Source: Klebsormidium nitens (lineage: Eukaryota > Plantae > Klebsormidiophyceae). From it: 64,000 nt of DNA. Below are positions 60,001-64,000 of the stretch, piece after piece. The stretch lies in assembly GCA_000708835.1 (NCBI GenBank), contig DF237065.1, positions 124,001-188,000 of the forward strand. Reading direction: 5' to 3'. Position 1 is the stretch's first letter, and each line of letters opens with the position of its first letter. The notes under the pieces are model-generated. The model saw nothing but the letters and a program-made list of their open reading frames with translations. It had not been told where the DNA came from and made no database searches. The translations under genes and the position numbers were made by a program.

Positions 60001-63000
60001 GTGTACAAGAAAGATCGTAGACGAGCAACCCTTCTGGACTCTACATCAGTCACCCACATATGTCATCTGCGCAGCAAGTTCCTTCTGACGTAGTCATGAG
60101 GTGTCTTCTCGAGAATCTACTTGAAGGTTCTACAGAGAAAACGGGCACCGATTGTGGACGCCCAACAGGCTCTTATTGCCGCCACTGCACTCTTAAAAGT
60201 TCTGCAAATGCCCAAACTCTTAACCACCCACTCAAGATTCATAACCGGCCCCCTGCAGGAGTGGGAGCATGGACGGGCAACCAATGCTAGACGCTTAACA
60301 AGCAATCGTCCAGGGCTCCACAGGCGACTTCTTTTCTGACAAGCCAGCAAGTCCTCGAGTTGTTGAATGCTCAAAGCGCATAACCACCCACTCAGGACTC
60401 ATAAGTGGCCCCCCTGCAGGAGTGGGAGCATGGACGGGCAACCAATGCTCGACGCCCAACAGGCCATCATCCAGGCTGCCCCTATAGGCAACATCCAATC
60501 ACAAAAGCTGACGGAATGACCATAAGCTATCTCCTGATTCCTCCCATAACCGGCCCCCCTGCAGGAGTGGGAGCATGGACGGGCAACCAATGCTCGACGC
60601 CCAACAGGCCATCGTCCAAGGTTTGCAGCTGCTGCGCCCCGAGGATCGGTTCACCATCATCGGATTTGACCACGAACAAGTCTCCTTCTCGCCGAGCCTG
60701 CAGCCCGCGACGCTCGAGGCCGTCATGGCCGCGAGCGCGTGGGTGCAGGAAGTGTGCAAGGCGCGGGGGCTGACCGACATCCTGACGCCGCTGAACGGGG
60801 TGGGTTGTGCGGCAGTCTTACTTATGTTGCTCTTGATTGCCGTTCGGTTGATGGCCGTCGTAGTCGTCCTGGAAAATTGATGAGAACGTTCTGTGCGAAG
60901 CCGCTAGCTTCGCGGCAAGAGCGGCATCCTGACGCCGCTGACAGGGGTGGGCGGTGATTCAAACTCGCTGTTGATTGTGTTCTTGCACTCGTTTCGCTAT
61001 AGGCGGTCGTACCCGATTGGACTTCAGAATGGTGGTAGTGGTATTTCGTAACCGTCCGTTCTGGCTCTGTGCCCATATTTCCACACCGATTTTGATAACC
61101 TTAAGAAAACCAGCCGCTAAGGAGACGCCGTTCTGGACGCAATCTCGCATTCTGGAAGAGGTTCCTTGAAATGTACCTTTGGTCCATAGATTATCGTCGC
61201 CTCTCTTTATTTTCCCTGCCTGGAGCGGTTGTCTGTGATGTCCGTGGAGCGTTTCTAATGCTGCCGAAACGTTCTATCTACGGAAGCGTAATACAGGCCA
61301 CATGCCCTGAAAACTCGAGAGAGCCGCAGTCCCATTTCGCAGAAGGACTTCCAGGTCAAACTAAGCGCCGTTTCAAACTTGTCCCGTTCTTATGGAAATC
61401 ACCTTCAAGGATTACAACCCTGGAATCAAAACCTCTGAAGAGCTATGGTAGCCACTGGCTCCTCTCTCTATGGAGGGGTATCCTGCCTCACATAAGCATA
61501 CCGTTCCTTGCATAAAATTCGATCCTCTTTCTCCCTCGAGGCGATGCAGCTGCTCAGCACCATTCCGGACAAGGTAAACGGCGGACCAAAAGGAAATTGT
61601 GAAGGAAGAATTCGTACCCATGGTTGCTTCCAGGGTTTGCTTCCGGTTCCGTCCCGTCCGCTCAGGCGATGCAGCCGCTGAGCATGGTTCCGGCGCGTTC
61701 CCGTACGTGCTCCTGACGCCGGTTTGATTCGAAGATTGTATATGAGGGTTCTATGAGAGCCTGACAAACGATAGCTTCTCAAACTTTGACACTCTGCTTC
61801 GTTCCCTCAGGCGATGCAGCTGCTGAGCACGGTTTCGGACGCGGTCCCGTACGTGTTCCTGATCACGGACGGCGCTGTGGACAACGAGCGCGAGATCTGC
61901 AAGAGCATGCAGGCGCACATAGCGGCGGCGGGCTCGCGCGCTCCGCGCATCTCGACTTTCGGCATCGGGACGTTTTGCAACTACTTCTTCCTCAAGATGC
62001 TGGCGAGCATTGGGAGGGGCCTGAACGACGCTGTTTTCGATACAGGTATGATCGAAGCAATAATCAAGATCTGCTTGTGATCAGAACCGACGAGCGAGCG
62101 GATTCGAAAGTATTCTGTTTGCCGCGGGTCTCGACATTCGGCATTGAGCTGTCTTGCAACTCCTCCTTCCTCAAGTTGCTCTACGAGCATCGGAAGGGTC
62201 CTGAACGTCGCCGTTTTCAACACAGGTATGCGTGAAGCATCGCTTGGCTTCTTCTGGTGGTCGAATTAGATAGTTGAACGAGTCCAAAGCTGTCCCTGTT
62301 TGCACTTGTTTGCGTGTTCCAGACGCTTGCATTTTTGAGTTCCTGCTAGCCTCGACAAGGCCAGAACTACCCTGCTTCATCCAGTACGACGAGACCTTAG
62401 AGGGCTTGTACTCGCACTCACGACTCTTGTAGAAGCCCTTTCAGACTTTCGTATAGGTATTTGCTTGTGATCAAAATCAAGGCGCCCGATGTAGCGCAAG
62501 GCTTTGCAGCTCCCTCGATCAGCAGTGCTCTTGTCCGTATCTTTGATTGTTACTGATGCGAAGGGGCAAAGGCTTTGCTAATTCCACCTTTTTCCACGGG
62601 CTAACCGAAGGATCTTCTCCTTGCTACCGCCTAGAAGGCACCCTGTGCAAAGCGCAGAACAAGCGCCTGCTGGTTGCTGCAAGCGCACACATATGCCACC
62701 CCCTGGCACCAGCCACAAAGCTTTTTCCTAGAATCCTAAATCTGCTAACATTCGCCCCACGTTTTCGGCAGACCCTCTTAAGGAGCGGATCGACGGATGC
62801 TGGTCGCCGCGAGTGCTCCAGTGCTAACCAATCTGGCATTTTCTGTTTGTTCCTCGAAACCCGCGATCAATCTTCAGAACCAAAGAGCGCCGGCGTCCGT
62901 AATCTGCAGACCTCCTGAAGCAGCAGATGGGAGAAGTGTGTTCGCTGCGAGCGCGCCCACGCTAACCAGTGCGGCGTTGCGACACTCGAGCGGAAACCGA

Positions 63001-63412
63001 CTCGGGTTCTGAAAATTTTGAAACCCTGACATCCCCGCTAGCCTTTGTTTGCAGAGGAGCAGATGGAACGCATGCTGACCAATCTGGAGCTACACACCAA
63101 GGCCCTTCTATAAACCCAAATGCTTATAACCCTTAATACAAAAGAAAAAGCCGCCTAAAACTCTGGCAATGCTTTTCTGCAGACCTCCTGAAGGAGCAGA
63201 TGGAGCGCATGCTGGTCGCGGCGAGCGCCCCCGTGCTGACCAATCTGACGCTGCGCATCGAGGGCCTCCCCGAGTTCGAGGCGTACCCGGACCCCATCCC
63301 CGACCTGTTTTGCGGTAACCCGCTCGTCGTGTCGGGCAAGTTCTCGGGGGAGTTCCCGGGCGTCCTCACGCTCAACGGGACGCTGCCGACGGGACAGGTG
63401 TACCAAACAACG
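57079..63412 (+). CDS. VIT-vWA domain protein (inter-alpha-trypsin inhibitor heavy chain-related), partial; continues past the window end
   Basis: Exons 57079-57924, 58609-58908, 59640-59809, 60565-60799, 61811-62045, 63183-63412 (phase-consistent). VIT-like region: LEIECHISTAFVTM...DCLFALPVSHQGTVTAVEID. vWA MIDAS: VVFLLDRSGSMDG; FTIIGFDH; GLTDILTPL; VFLITDGAVDNER; RISTFGIGTFCNYFFLKMLA. Then YPDPIPDLFCGNPLVVSGKF. Confidence 0.93.
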
Positions 63413-64000
63413 GTGAGTCTCCGGGTGTTCTTTTTGGCGGCAACTTCTGACCAGTTCGTGTGTCGTGACGAATACAATACCGTGCTATGTTTGTAATCTG
63501 TGACGAGGTTCCCCTCTTTTCTAGCAGGATCCGTCCCCCTGACTCTGAGTGCGGCTTCCCGCCCCTCCTGGGCGGCTGCCCAGTCCGGCTCCCGTACCCT
63601 GCTGAGCAGGGTATTGCTATAAGTTAAATGCTCCGAATTGTTCCTCTCTCCCTTCCGAACGCCAGCAGGATCGGTCCCCCAGAACTTCATCCTTGTGCAA
63701 TGCCCCCTCCCTCGAGGTGGTTGCACAAACCTCCCCCCCAAATTCCGTCGAGCAGAACCGTACAAGACCGTACAAGTCTCCTCCTATTCTCCGTATCCTT
63801 TTCCGCCCCCCTGAAACTCACTGTCGTGACACCCCCACCCCCTCTCCAGGTGGCTGCGCAGTGCGCCCCCCAGATCCTGCGGAGCAAGGTGTTCGTGCAT
63901 GATATCGCAACTCTCCTATGTTTAACTTTTCCACCCCAACCACATGTCAGGAGGATCCCTCCTATAGTGTACCTTTTTCACCCCCATTAAAATGTCGGCA

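Noticed and set aside
1-64000. tRNA, rRNA or snRNA genes
   Set aside because: GTTCGA-like strings (e.g. 46683, 47182) lack cloverleaf context, and no rRNA/snRNA signature was seen by eye. tRNAscan-SE/Infernal would be needed to exclude them formally.

Overview
This is eukaryotic, intron-rich, GC3-high nuclear DNA from a plastid-bearing green-lineage organism. The gene set and intron style suggest a streptophyte alga such as Klebsormidium (inference, not confirmed). I assembled spliced models by hand from GT/GC-AG junctions with consistent reading phase. In window order they are: a GDSL lipase (partial); an RGS1-type 7TM membrane protein with no RGS domain; a DUF952 protein; a plastid-targeted peptidoglycan-binding/TM/coiled-coil protein; DCP1; thylakoid lumenal 16.5 kDa protein; plastid pyruvate kinase alpha; a Tim17/22/23-family protein; a DUF866/CZIB protein; a SETD9-like protein; a conserved Cys-rich plant-type unknown protein; an unassigned exon; and a VIT-vWA (ITIH-like) protein (partial). 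There is also a 181-bp CACTA-ended miniature transposon and two assembly gaps. The most striking unexplained structure is a window-wide pattern of 'exon echoes'. At least 8 genes carry, inside their introns, 1-4 tandem degenerate copies of the adjacent splice junction (intron tail + exon head, or exon tail + donor). Several echoes differ from the real exon almost only at synonymous third codon positions, which simple neutral decay does not predict. All coordinates and counts were done by eye.
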